Below are positions 13,296 through 27,000 of a stretch of 64,000 nucleotides of DNA, in pieces. The position numbers were made by a program, and so were the translations under genes. Every line of letters starts with the position of its first letter. Positions within the stretch are counted from its first letter, which is position 1. A model generated the notes under the pieces. That model was given only the letters and a program-made list of their open reading frames with translations. It made no database searches and was not told where the DNA came from. Source of the DNA: Heterodontus francisci (lineage: Eukaryota); the NCBI RefSeq assembly GCF_036365525.1, contig NW_027142063.1, forward strand, positions 2,170,001-2,234,000. The letters are read 5' to 3'.

Positions 13296-16139
13296 TACAA
13301 TATGTTTTATGTCCTGGTATGTAATGGTCAGGTTCATTCAATTTGCAGTAATGGAATTAATACTGTGTCTTCCACTCTGAGTATTTGTGAGATTTGTGGA
13401 GTGGTGTGTAACATGCAGCTCAGTCTGCAGTCTGGGTACATTATTGAGATTAATTCTGTATTTTACAATCAGGTACTGTTTGTCTGTTCCATCTGACATT
13501 GAATTTGTAGTTCAGGATGCTCTCTTGTGAGAGTGACACCGTGTCTCTTGCAATCTGATAGTGGATGTGATTTTGGACTGGGATTGATGTATCTACCTGT
13601 CAGTGGGACTGAGTTGGGGTGAAATGGAAACAAGCTCAATCTTTCCTGCTCTGTGTGACTTTTGGATTGACTGTTGGTCTCTGGAACGTGGGATCAGTGC
13701 TGGTCTGACTACTTCTGCTGGCGGTGATTGTGGAACTGATGTCTCTGCTCTCTGTGAGTGATACTGTACTTACTGTGTGTGAGGAGCTGGCTGCACTTCC
13801 TCTTGTGTCGAGGAATCACGACATTTATTCTGCTTCCATCAAGTATTTGCCTGTAGAAAGGAAATGTATTTATTATAATTCAGGAAGAGATGTGGTAGAA
13901 GATACAAAAGTGAACAAAACAATTTTTCAATTAATAATCATTGTGAACAATCACAAAGGAAACCCCGCAACACAAACAGAGTCAGTGTCTGATTCCACTG
14001 CTGTCCTTCAGCCCCCAGCTACTGCATACCAGGGGCTTTGGCCATTTTACAACAATTTAATGACATCCAGAAACAATCCACTGGGCCAGGAATGGGACTG
14101 ACCGACGGAACAGGGACTTTTACACAGGTCAGATTTCCAGTTCCCGCTCCCATGGTCTAACCGTTCAAGCGAAACCAAACAGCCGCTGTTAAAAATGTGT
14201 CCTTCACACTTCTCACCTGGTGCCGATAATAGATTCTCTTTGTGTAAATTTCCACATCCTGACTGTCCGTTTCTGTTTCCACACTTCACTGTCCAATAAC
14301 AAGAAACTGTGGGATCAGGCTGGTTCGCTCTCTTTGAGCTGGCACGGACATGATGGGCCGAATGGCCTCATTCTGTGCCGGAATTTTTCCATGTTTCCGC
14401 TTGCGGAATTGTTGCAGAAATCTGCGCCTGCGCTCCCCTCCCCCAGCACTGCCTGTGAGCGGAAGAAGATGGTTTAAAACAGCCGCGGATGGAGAGATCC
14501 CGGTCCCAGTGGAAGGGAGCAAACAGCAGCCTCCTTGCAGCAGCACATCGCTTTGGGAGCGTGTCCGCAGATGGACCGAGAGATCAGCATCGAGTCTGGG
14601 GCAAGTTCAGGGGCAGGCGAGGGCTGTTTGTTTGAGGCGGAGTGGAGCAGGAACTGGTCCCGGAACATGGAGTGAGTGGGGGAAGGGAGAGGCCATTCTC
14701 GGGTTGTGTGTGGATAAGGGGAGGGAGACAGAATGGGAAGAAACTGTTACTGCAGTGCAGTCAAACAACGATAATAATTGTATGGCTGGGCTTCCTTTGT
14801 GGGCGTTTATAATTATTATGAGAGATTAAATTCATTAAAATCCTGTATCTTCTACCTCACCAGTATTTGAATTATAAACATTCTTTTGTTCAAACAGGCA
14901 AATAATTGAATGAACCAAAATAAATATGATGTTTCCTCCACCAAGTTACATGGAAGAGTGCCACCAGCTCCTTCTCACACACAGTCCGTACATTATCACT
15001 GTCAGAGTGCAGAGACACAGACAGGTCATCAGTTCCACAGTCTCAGACAGCAGAAACAGATCCAGAGACACATTTTCAATCCATCAATCAGATGGAGCAG
15101 GAGAGACGCACGTTGTTTTCATGTCACCCCAACTCAGTACCACTGACAGGTAGATACACAAATCCCAGTCCAAATTCTCACCCACCATCAAATTATCAGT
15201 GTGTCAATCCCACAATGGAGCAACCTCAGCTACAAATTAAATACACATATAACTGACACATGGTTGCTGTTTCAAAGTTACAGAAATAATCTCAATGAAG
15301 TGCTCCGAGATTCAAGTTAAATGCCAGCCTAATATTTACACGGGTTTTGACTTTATTATCAGTATTAATTCCCATAATGTGTCCAGACATATACATTGGA
15401 TACAAATCTCAAGTGCATAATCAGATTGCAGAGGTACAAAATCAGATTTCACTTTAAAACTCATCCGGATTGTGAAACTAAAAGATACAATATAAATTTG
15501 ATTAGTATAGTTTGAGCTATAAATTACTTACCAGTCCGAAAAGCTCATATAGTGTCCGATGGAAGATACTGTACAATTCCAGAATGAGCTCATTTCACAT
15601 GCAAGTCCAAGATTCTCACTCAGAGTTAGACAGAATGGCACTGATCAAATTGATGAGTACAGCCTGAGTTACACTTGCACACCAATCCTGTATCAGATTG
15701 TAGGATACATTATATTTCACTATTGTGTTCACAGTGACAGATACTATTTAATACTAGGCAAAACCTCAAACAGGATTTATGTATCTACCTGTCTGCTTAA
15801 AACCTGCCACATCAGTGGCCTGTTGCTGTGCTGAATTTTTATGTAGAATAAATCCAGACTTGCACCAGTCCCAGTGACGGAAGGTTATATATTGAATCCC
15901 ACACTCTCACAGAGTACCAGACACTGACAGTTAGAGAGTGATTTTGAAACACATGCTCAGTGCCAGATGCTGAAAGGTGCAGGTTGATTACTGCACTCAC
16001 TGACAGTACCTCAGCCTGAGTCATCTAAAGCAACCGAACACACAAATAGTAGCACTGAGAGATTGAGAAAGAGTCCAAAACTCAGAGTAACAGACACTGA
16101 TAGACACAATCTAAAAACTGCACGCACATGTATACTGTA

Positions 16140-17220
16140 TTGGCTAACTCACAAGAAACAGAGTGGGGATAATTGGGGAATTTTCAAATTGGCAAACAGT
16201 AACTAATGGAGTGCCACAGGGATCAGTGCTGGTGCCTCAATCTTTATAGTCTTTATTAATAACTTGCATGAAGGGACCGAGTGTAAATCCAAATTTATGG
16301 ATGGTACAAAGGTAGGGAGGAAAGCACGTTGTGAGAAGGACACAAAGTGTCTGCAAAGAGATATAGATAGGTTAAATCAGTGGACAAAAGTTTGGCAGAT
16401 GGAGTATAATATGGGAAAATGTGAGATTATCTACTTTGGCAGGAAGAATAGAAAAACAGAATATTACTTACATAGAGAGACTGCAGAATGCTGCTGTACC
16501 AAGGAATCTGTGTGTCCAGGTACATGAATTACAAAAAAGTTAGCATGCAGCTATAGCAAGTAATTAGGAAGGCAACTGGAATGTTGGCATTTTTAGAGAG
16601 GGGAATGGAGTTTAAAAGTAGGGAAGATTTGCTGTAACTGTACAGGGCATTAGTGACATCCCAACTAAAGTACTCCACACAGTTGTGGTCTCCTTACTTA
16701 AGGAGGGTTATACTTGCATTGGAATCAGTTCAGAGAAGGTTCACTCGGCTGATACTTGGGAAGTTGGATTGTGTTATGAGAAAAAGTTGAGCAGGTTGGG
16801 CCTATACTCACTGGAGTTTAGAAGATTGAGAGGTGATCTTATTGAAACCGATAAGATTCTCAGTGGGCTAGACAGGTAGATGCTGAGAGGATGTTTCTCC
16901 TTGTGGGGGAATGTAGAATTAGGGGCCACAGTTTCAAGATAAGTGGCCTCCCATTCAAGAAGGAGATGAGGAGGAATTTCTTCGCTCAGAGGGTTGTTCA
17001 TCTTTGGAATTCTGTTCTCCAGAGGACTGTGAAGGCTGGGTCATTGAATATATTCAAGGCTGTGATAGACAGATTTTTGATCTACAAGGGAGTCAATGGT
17101 CATGCGCGCAGGCAAGAAAGTGGAATTAAGGCCACAATCAGAACAACCCCGATCTTATTGAATGGCGGAGCAGGCTCGATGGGCCAAATGGCCATCTCCT
17201 GCTCCTATTTTGTATCTTTT
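16140..17220 (+). mobile_element. CR1 LINE 3' part (mirror copy at 34850-35910)
   Basis: LQRDIDRL..W...WQMEYNMGKC and RGHSFKI...FFAQRVVHLWN motifs. Confidence 0.85.
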
Positions 17221-17229
17221 TATCTTCTT

Positions 17230-18192
17230 ACACACACACACACACTCAACCAGTGTGTGGCAGTGGATCTAGAATTAATCCCACTTTCGTACAAAATACC
17301 AGAGACTGAAAGGTACAGAATAAATCCCACAGATACATACAGTATGACTGACAGGTACAGAATGAATCCCATGCTCACACACAGCACCAGGGATTGAAAG
17401 ATACATGTGATTCCCACCCACACAGAACAATATCAGACTGAGTTACAGAATGATTTCCACATTCACATCGAGCACCACTGACTGCTAATTAATTCATCCC
17501 ACAGTCACACACACTACCAGAGGCCGACAGATACAGAATGTATTGCACACTTTCACAAAGTACCAGTGAGTGACAGGTACAGAACGAATCCCACATTCAC
17601 AAACTTTACTAGAGAATGGCAGATCCAGTACCAATGACCAATTCAGAATGAACTCCAAATTTACACATGACACTAGAGATGGAGAGATACAAAATTAATT
17701 CCACATTCACACTCCGCAAGAGACTGATCGTTACAAAATGGATCCAGAACATGCAGACAGTGCCAGAGACTGACAGTTACAGAATGAAATAAACACTCAC
17801 ATACAGTACCAGAAATGACAGAAATGGAATTGATACCACACATGTATGTGATACCAGAGATGGAGCATACAGAATGAATCACACACACACAACAAGAACA
17901 GAGATAGAGTTATACAGAATGAATCTCACGCTCATGCACAGGACAACAGATTAACAGGTAAACAATCACCCTCAAGCACACATACATTACCAAGGGTTAG
18001 TTCAGAATGACTACAAAACTCAAATAATGTGTTCGAGGTTGAAAGATGCAGATGAATACAAAACTCACACACAAGATACTAATAGATACAGCCTGAAAAC
18101 TGCACTCAAACACAGTACAAGGGACTGACAGATACTGAATGAATCCCACACTCATATTCAAAACCAGAGACTGACAGATGCAGAATGGATGT
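17230..18192. repeat. Degenerate ~40-bp tandem repeat, same family as 3096-4545 in opposite orientation
   Basis: Recurrent cagtaccagagactgacagatacagaatgaatc motif. Confidence 0.75.
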
Positions 18193-18194
18193 CA

Positions 18195-20265
18195 CACTAA
18201 ACTTCTTCTTCGGAAGTCCCTCGGGAATGAGGATGGCTTTCTTCCACTCCAGGGTTGTGGGTCCTTAGGTAACTGAATAGTCCAATTCTTGATCCACACA
18301 CTCGGCCACAGGTGGGGCAGATGGTGCTTGGTGAAGTCGGTGAATGGGATTCTCCAATTTCCAAATACTCCTTCCACTGTTTGCATTTGGTTGCTTCCTG
18401 GGCATGTCGACGAATTTCAAACTGGCTGGCACCTTCGCGGATGCTTCTTCTCCATTTTGGGTGGTCTCAGGCAAGCGATGCCCACGAATCAGTGCAGATG
18501 TCAGCGCTTTTCAGGATGTCTTGAAGGAAATTCTTGTAATGTTTCCTCTGCCCTCCTGGTAGCTTCTTGCCCTGATGGAGTTCAGAGTAGAAAGCTTGTT
18601 TTGGGACTCTGGCGTCAGGCATGGGGATGATGTAGCCCGTCCAACATAACTGACTAGTCATGACCAGTGTCTGGATACTGGGGATGTTGGCCTGAGAGAG
18701 GACACTGATATTGCAGCGCCTGTCCTGCAACTGAATTTGCAGGATCTTGCGGAATCACCACCGGTGATATCTCTCCAGGGCTTTGAGATGTCTGCTGTAC
18801 AGTGTCCATGTTTCTGACACATACAGGAGGGCAGGTAACACTGCAGCCATGTCAACCAAGAGCTTGGTGTCTGATTTGAGTTCTTTGTCATCAAACATTC
18901 TTTTCCTCAGAGGACTGAAGGCTACGCTGACACACTAGACGTGATGCTGAGTGTCATTGTCGATATCTGCCCTTGGTGACAGGAGGTTCCCAAGGTATGA
19001 GCAGTGAAACACATTGCCCAGTGGTTCGCTGTGGATCTTGATAGTCGAGGGGCAGTGTCGGGGAGCAGGCTGGTAGAGGACCATTGTCTTCTGGATGTTT
19101 TGCTTAAGGCCAATTATTTCATACACCTCCGTGAATGAATTGATCAGGGTTTGACGCTTGGCCTCTGAGTGTGCGCATACACAGGCGTCGTCAGCATACT
19201 GCAGCTTGATGACAGAGGTTGGAGTGGCCTTACATCTGGACTGGAGGCAACATAGGTTGAATAGTTTCCCACTCGTCCTGTAGAGTAGATCTACACATGC
19301 GACCTAAAGAACAGCTGATGGGCTGAAAGAACACTGGAACAACAAAAATTAGCTGACAGCCACGACATGTGTGGATTCTTCAGCACAGTCAAGACCATTC
19401 ACGGCCCACGTACCCAAGGACCTACCCCACTGAGAGCAAAAGAATGGAGTGACACTGATCAAGGACAGATAGGCAGTCTGCAATCGTTGCAAGGAGCACT
19501 TTGAAGATCTCCTCAATCGTGACTCAGTCTTTGATGCGAGTGCCCTTGACCGCATTCCACAGCATGCTACCCACCATGCTGTCAGCACAATCCCAGGCTG
19601 ACAGAGATTGAAAAGGCCATCTGACAGCTAAAAAACAATAAGGCCGCTGGCATAGATGGAATTCCCATGAAAATTCTAAAATCGGGCAGAGAAGCACTCT
19701 TGACACAAATACATGGTCTCATTTCCCTCATTTGGAAGGAGGAGAGCATGACAGGGGATCTCCGAGACACTGTAATAGTGATCATCTTTAAAGAAGGTGA
19801 CAAGACTGACTGTGGTAACTACAGAAGGGTATCCCTGCTGTCCGCCACAGGGAAGGCCATCACAAGAGTCCTTCTCAACTGCCTCTTCCCCGTGGCTGAA
19901 GAGCTCCTACTAGAATCACAATGTGGATTCTGTCCATCAAGTAGCACAATGGACATGATCTTCACAGCAAGACAACTCCAAGAAAATGTAGGGAGCAGCA
20001 GCAACCTTTATACCTGTTTTTTTGTGACCTGACAAAGGCCTTCTACTCTACCAACCAGGAGGGATATGGAACGTCCTCAAATTTGGCTGCCCAGAAAAAT
20101 TCATCATCATCCTCTGACGACTGCATGATGACATGCAAGCTGTAATCCTTCCCAACGGACCTACCACTGACCCAATCCCAATGCAAACTGGGGTCGAGCA
20201 AGGCTGTCTCATCGCACCAATGCTCTTTTCCATCATCCTTGCCACAACACTCCACCTCATCTCCT
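18195..20265. mobile_element. RTE-clade LINE with internal inversion
   Basis: 3' part lies on the minus strand (18195-~19290; (GAA)n tail, QYADD region). 5' part lies on the plus strand (GNYRRVSLLS, QCGF, GVEQGC). Confidence 0.85.
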
Positions 20266-20560
20266 CATACTCACAGTACCAGAGACTGACAGATACAGAA
20301 TGGATGTCACATTCACAGTACCAGAGTCTGATAGATACAGAATGGATGTCACACTCACAGTACCAGAGACTGACAAATACAGAATGGATGTCACACTCAC
20401 AGTACCAGAGTCTGACAGATACAGAATGGATGTCACACTCACAGTACCAGAGTCTGATAGATACAGAATGGATGTCACACTCACAGTACCAGAGACTGAC
20501 AGATACAGAATGGATGTCACACTCACAGTACCAGAGTCTGGTAGGTACAGAATGAATCCA
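20266..20560. repeat. Homogeneous 42-bp tandem array, ~7 copies
   Basis: Unit CACTCACAGTACCAGAG(A/T)CTGA(C/T)AGATACAGAATGGATGTCA repeats directly. Confidence 0.95.
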
Positions 20561-20573
20561 CACAGCACCGGAG

Positions 20574-21800
20574 ACTTCTTTTCTTCTTCTTTGGCCTCTT
20601 TGTCTCGAGAGACAATGGGTAAGCGCCTGGAGCTTGTCAGTGGTTTGTGAAGCAGCGCCTGGAATGGCTATAAAGGCAAATTCTAGAGTGACAGACTCTT
20701 CCACAGGTGCTGCAGATAAAATTGGTTGTCGGGGCTGTTACACAGTTGTCTCTCCCCTTGAGCCTCTGTCTTTTTTCCTGCCAACTGCTAAGTTTCTTCG
20801 ACTCACCACACTTTAGCTCCGCATTTATGGCTGTCCACCAGCTCTGGCGATCACTGGTAACTAACTCCCACGACTTGTGATCAATGTCACAGGACTTCAT
20901 GTCGTGTTTGCAAACGGCTTTAAAGTGGAGACATGGATGGTCGGTGGTTCTGATACCAGTGACGAGCTTGCTGTACAATGTGTCCTTGGGGATCCTACCA
21001 TCTTACATGCGGCTCACATGGCCAAGCCATCTCAAGCGCCGCTGGCTCCGTCGGGTGTATATGCTGGGGATGTTGACCGCCTCAAGGACTTCTGTGTTGG
21101 AGATACGGTCCTGCCACCTGATGCCAAGGATTCTCCAGAGGCAGCAAAGATGGAATGTATTCAGACGTCGCTCTTGGCTGACATACGTTTTCCAGGCCTC
21201 GCAGCCGTAGAGCAATGTACTGATGACACAGGCTTGATATACTTGGACTTTTGTGTTCCGTGTCAGTGTGCCATTTCCCCACACTCACTTGCCCAGTCTG
21301 GACATAGCAGTGTTCTCGCACCTACACTGTTTGGAATCTTCTTCTCCCTGCTGTTCGCACATGCGTTCAAGTCTTCAGAAGAAGGAATTTTCCTCCAAGA
21401 TCAGATGGCAGTTTGTTCAACCTTGCCCGTCTGATAGCGAAGACCAAAGTACAGAAAGTCCGCAGCAGGGAACTCCTCTTTGCTGACGATGCTGCATTAA
21501 CATCCCACACTGAAGAGTGTCTGCAGAGACTCATTGACAGCATTGCGGCTGCCTGCAACGAATTTGGCCTAACCATCAGCCTCAAGAAAACGAACATCAT
21601 GGGACAGGACATTATAAATACTCCATCCATCAATATGGGCGAACACGCTCTGGAAGTGGTTCAAGAGTTTACCTATCCAGGCTCAACTATCACCAGTAAC
21701 CTGTCTCCCGATGCAGAAGTCAACAAGCACATGGGAAAGGCTTCCACTGCTATGTCCAGACTGGCCAAGAGAGTGTGGGAAAATGGCGCACTGACACGGA
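20574..21800. mobile_element. RTE-clade LINE with internal inversion
   Basis: Minus-strand 3' part (LLYGCEAW, RLRWLGHVSRM, CSTCGRVC zinc finger, GAA tail). Plus-strand part has LLFADD...GLTISLKKT. Confidence 0.85.
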
Positions 21801-22039
21801 ACCAGAGACTGAGAGCTACCAAATTACATAAAACACTCAAACACAGTAGCAGAAAGTAAAAATAAACGGAATTAATTGCACACTCACATGCAATAGCAGA
21901 GACACAACGACACAGAATCAGTCAATAAGTGTCCTCCCAACAACATCCAGGGCATTTCCAGGGAGCTTTACACAGGGAGTGACTGTTTTACTATAAACTG
22001 GGACTGGAGAGAGTCTTTGTGAAATATACTTACGGATTG

Positions 22040-22215
22040 CAGTAAGGGTGTTTGTGATTGGTTGCAAATATTTATTCTGATTGGATGGCGGGAGACACCA
22101 ATTAGAGAATTACAATATAAAACCGTTTTGACATCACTCCCAATCATCCAATCACAATCTTTACTTTCCCCCATCCCTCATTAGCATAGAGCTGTGGGAT
22201 TGTCGATTTGATCCG
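22040..22215 (+). promoter_or_regulatory. H2B promoter (several CCAAT/ATTGG boxes, octamer-like ATTAGCAT at 22180-22187)
   Basis: Same block precedes all three H2B copies. TATA-like TATTTAA is intact only in the 48.8-kb copy. Confidence 0.7.
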
Positions 22216-22264
22216 CACTCAGAAGGGGTTTGGTTTATTTCTGTGCTTGAAATTGAATCTGAAG

Positions 22265-22642
22265 ATGGTTGAGGAGAAGAAGAAAGCAGCTGCTAAGAAG
22301 GGCGCCAAGAAAACTGTGAGTAAACCGTCAGCAAAGGGCGGCAAGAAGCGGAGAAAGTCGAGGAAGGAGAGTTACTCCATCTACATCTACAAAGTGATGA
22401 AGCAGGTTCACCCCGACACCGGCATCTCCTCCAAGGCCATGAGCATCATGAACTCGTTTGTGAAAGATATTTTCGAGCGCATCGCGGGTGAGGCTTCCCT
22501 CCTGGCCCATTACAACAAGCGCAGCACCATCAGCTCCCGGGAGATCCAGACCGCCGTGCGCCTGCTGCTGCCCGGAGAGCTGGCCAAGCACGCCGTGTCG
22601 GAAGGGACAAAGGCGGTGACCAAGTACACCAGCTCCAAGTAA
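22265..22642 (+). CDS. H2B: Histone H2B, open ORF (125 aa; N67K and R79L versus canonical)
   Basis: MVEEKKK...[27 protein letters not shown]...KYTSSK; true ATG is at 22265, followed by a stem-loop. Confidence 0.93.
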   Translation: MVEEKKKAAAKKGAKKTVSKPSAKGGKKRRKSRKESYSIYIYKVMKQVHPDTGISSKAMSIMNSFVKDIFERIAGEASLLAHYNKRSTISSREIQTAVRLLLPGELAKHAVSEGTKAVTKYTSSK

Positions 22643-22679
22643 AACTGCACAATAGACTGAAAAACATCCCAAACACAAC

Positions 22680-22695
22680 GGCTCTTTTAAGAGCC
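22680..22695 (+). terminator. Histone 3' stem-loop
   Basis: GGCTCTTTTAAGAGCC-ACCCA, then HDE-like GAAAAAG. Confidence 0.95.
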
Positions 22696-23466
22696 ACCCA
22701 CAATCTCTCTGAAAAAGCTGCATCATCTCGATGGTATCGATTTGTTATTTTTTTATGAAGAGTCTGGAACTTTCTAATTGCCTTTCTGATCTCTCTTTTA
22801 ACCCCATGGATTCTGGGTGATTCACTTTCACTGTTGAGATCTTTGTGTCTCTACTTAATGCCGTGTAAATTAATTACTGATCACTGACCCCATGTTCGCT
22901 TTGATCTCGGACGCGTTCATTTTCGCTATTGTACTATTTCGTCAATAAAAGCTGACATCTGTTCTCAGTCACTTGCTTCTCTTGTTCAAGCTCGGCCTCA
23001 ATAATTAATAAGTACATTATCTAGAAACCCCGCTGTTGTTGGAAACCTCAGACTCACATTTCAACTCCCGACAGTAAAACACTTTCTCTCCGCTTTTGTC
23101 TCCCACAAATAGGTTCAATCTAGAATCAGTGATGCGGTATCTTGACAAAGATTGACCTGAAATGTATCCGCTTCCAGAATGCTGTGAATGAGACTTTCTG
23201 CCGCGGCTTACAGACTGTTTCAAAAAGGATGGAGAATAGTCCGAGATCAAAGCGAACATGGGCTCAGTGATCAGTAATTAATTTACACGGCATTATTAAG
23301 TAGAGACACAAAGATCTCACAGACAGTGAAACTGAATCACCCAGAATCCATGGGATTAAAAGAGATCAGAAAGGCAATTAGAAAGTTCCAGACTCTTCGT
23401 ATAAAAAAACAAAACAAATCAAAACCAGAGAGATGATGTTGTAGCTTTTTCAGAGAGATTGTGGGT

Positions 23467-23482
23467 GGCTCTTAAAAGAGCC
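23467..23482 (-). terminator. Histone 3' stem-loop of the interrupted H2B
   Basis: Minus strand reads GGCTCTTTTAAGAGCC-ACCCA. Confidence 0.95.
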
Positions 23483-23522
23483 GTTGTGTTTGGGATGTTA
23501 TTCAGTCCATTGTGCAGTTTTA

Positions 23523-23798
<276 letters not shown>

Positions 23799-24023
23799 TC
23801 AAAATTACTTTGCCAAACAGTTTCCAAACAGAAACAAAAAATTCAAACATTGCAAGGGACATCAGTTTCCTTCAATACTGTCATGAGTTTCTTCCCAACC
23901 CTTCCGTTTCACAATTGTCATGTCAATTACAGTTTTACATTTACAGCAATTGAGAATATTAACGATACAGTTCGAGGGGTTTCCCATGGACCCAGCCCCT
24001 CAGTCCAGCTTGGTGGGGGAACC

Positions 24024-27000
24024 TTACACTGTGGTCTTTCCCCATTGAGCCTTTGCTGCGGCTGCACCAAGCTTTAGTGCGTCCCTCAGCACGTAGTCCT
24101 GGACCTTGGAATGTGCCAGTCTGCCACATTCGGTGGTGGACAACTCTTTGCGCTGGAAGACCAGCAAGTTTCGGGCAGACCAAAGGGCGTCATTCACCGA
24201 ATTGATAGTCCTCCAGCAGCGGTTGATGTTTGTCTCGGTGTGCGTCCCTGGGAACAGCCCGTAGAGCACAGACTCCTGTGTTACAGAGCTGCTTGGGATG
24301 AACCTTGACAAAAACCACTGCATCTCTTTCCACACCTGCTTTGCAAAGGCCCATTGCAGGAGGAGGTGTGCGACTGTAACTTCCCCACCACAGCCAACGC
24401 GGGGGCACTGTGTGGAGGGGGCGAGACATTGGGTGTGCAGGAAGGATCTGACGGGGAGGGCCATTCTCACCACCAGCCAAGCTACGTCTTGTTTGAAAGT
24501 TTTGGTGATGAGGCTTTCTGCCAAATGACTTTGACGGTCTGCTCGGGGAACCATCCGACAGGATCCACCGTTTCCTTTTCCCGTATGGCCTTGAGGACAT
24601 TCCGTGCAGACCACTGCCTGATGGACCGGTGGTCAAAGGTGTTTTCCCGCAGAAACTGCTCCACGAAGGATAGGTGGTACGGCACCGCCCAACTGCATGG
24701 AGCGTTCCGCGGCAATGTGACCAGGCCCATCCTTCGCAACACCGGGGACAGATAGAACCTCAGCACGTAGTGACACTTGGAGTTTGCGTACTGGGGATCT
24801 ACACACAGCTTGATGCAGCCGCACACGAAGGTGGTCATCAGGATGAGGGCCACGTTGGGTACATTTTCCCGCCCTTGTGCAGAGATTTGAACATCGTGTC
24901 CCTCCGGACCCGGTCCATTTTACATCCCCAGACGAAGCGGAAAATGGCTCGGGTGACTGCCACGGCGCAGGAGTGGGGTATGGGCCAGACCTGCGCCACG
25001 TAGAGCTACAACGTGAGCGCCTCGCACCTGATGACAAGGTTCTTACCCACAATGGAGAGAGATCGCTGCCCCCACATACCCAACTTTTGTCGGACCTTGG
25101 CTACTCGCTCCTCCCATGTTTTGGTGCACGCACCGGCCCTTCCGAACCATATCCCCAGCACCTTCAGGTAATCTGACCTGACGGTGAAGGGGACAAAGGA
25201 TCGGTCAGCCCAGTTGCCAAAGAACATGGCCTCGCTCTTGCCGTGGTTGACTTTGGCTCCCGAGGCCAGTTCGAACTGGTCGCAGATGCTCATCAGTTTG
25301 CGCACGGACAGCGGATCCGAGCAGAAAACGGCAACGTCATCCATGTACAGGGAGGTTTTGACCTGAGTGCCTCCGCAGCCTGGGATTGGCACCCCTCTTA
25401 TGCTCGCATCCTTCCTAATAGACTCAGCAAAGGGTTCAATACAGCAAACACACAAGACCGGGGACAGAGGGCAGCCCTGTCTAACTCCAGATTTGATCGG
25501 GAAACTTTCCGATTCCCACCCGTTGATTGAGACTGCGCTACTGATGTTTGTGTAGAGCAGTTGGATCCAATTGCAGATTCTCTCCCCAAACCCCATTTTG
25601 GAAAGCACGTCCATCATGTAGATGTGCGATATCCTGTCAAAAGCCTTCTCCTGTTCCAGGCTGATGAGGCAGGTGTCCACCCTCCTGTCCTGTACGTAGG
25701 CGATCGTATCCCTGAGTAGCGCGAGACTATCAGAGATCTTCCTGCCGGGTACAGTACAGGTCTGATCGGGTTGAATCACCAACTCCAGAGCAGACTTGAC
25801 TCGACTGGCTATGACTTTGGACAGAATCTTGTAATCAACATTAAGCAGTGAGATGGGCCGCCAATTTCTGATTTCTACCCTCTCCCCCTTCTGCTTGTAA
25901 ATGAGGGTGATGATGCCTTTTCTCATGGACTCTGACATGCTGCCGGTCAGGAGCATACTCTCGTATACTTCCAGCAGGTCCGGGCCGACCCAGTCCCACA
26001 GGGCCGAGTACAACTCGACCGGTAAGCCGTCGCTCCCGGGAGTTTTTCTCGTCTCGAAAGACTCGACGGCCTTTGTCAGCTCGTCCTGAGTTAGCGGCTT
26101 GTCCAGTCTCTCCCTCCTGCTGTCATCTAAGACATCTGTGATGGATGACAGGAAGGACTGGGAGGCTCTGCTGTCTGTGGGCTTCGCGTCATACAGCCCA
26201 GCATGAAAGGATTTGCTGATCCTTAGTATGTCGGACTGCGAAGACGTTACCGAGCCATCTTCTTCCTTCAGGCTGCTGATAACAGAGCTCTCTCCGTGTA
26301 CCTTTTGGAAGAAGTAACGCGAGCACGTCTCGTCCTGCTCGATGGAGCGGACTCTGGACCGGAAGAGGATCTTGGAGGCCTCCTTGGCAAAGAGCGAGGC
26401 CTGCTGGCTCTTCACCTCTTGGAGGTCCTCCTTGACCTCGACCCCCATTGATTGCAACCGGAGTAGATTTTGCATAATTTTCTGGAGTCGGGACAGTTCC
26501 CGCTGTCTCTCTCTCGCCTTCTGAACACCTTTGTGGATGAAGAACCTCTTGATGTTCTCCTTAATTGCTTCCCACCAGTGAACTGGAGACTCAAAGAGGG
26601 GTTTCACGGTCCTCCAACCTTTGTAATCCCTTTTGAGTTCCTCAACGTTCTCTGGCGTCAGCAGTGTCGCATTGCGCTTCCACGGCCCTCTGCCAACCCG
26701 CTGGTCGTCCTGTAAGTGACAGTCGGCCAGTAAGAGGCAGTGGTCGGAGAAGAACACCGGCTTGACGTCGGTGGATCCGACCGTGACAGCACGGGACACA
26801 AAGAGGAAGTCAATCCTGGAACGGGCAGACCCGTCCGATCTTGACCATGTGTATCTGCGCTGCGCTCCGTCTGCAGGTTTGCTGAAGACGTCGTGCAGTT
26901 TGGCATCTTTAACTGTTTCTATTAGGAATCTGGACGTAGCGTCCAGTTTGCTGTCGTCACTGCCGGATCGTCCAGCCGCATCGATGATGCAGTTGAAGTC

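Noticed and set aside
20266-20560. CRISPR-like array (also 31722-31950 and 32565-32790)
   Set aside because: These are head-to-tail repeats with no unique spacers and no cas genes, in a eukaryotic context.
22208-22264. N-terminal extensions of H2B/H2A in the ORF track (also 29267, 48817, 50044)
   Set aside because: They come from TTG/GTG starts. The eukaryotic ATGs are at 22265, 29210, 48829 and 50050.
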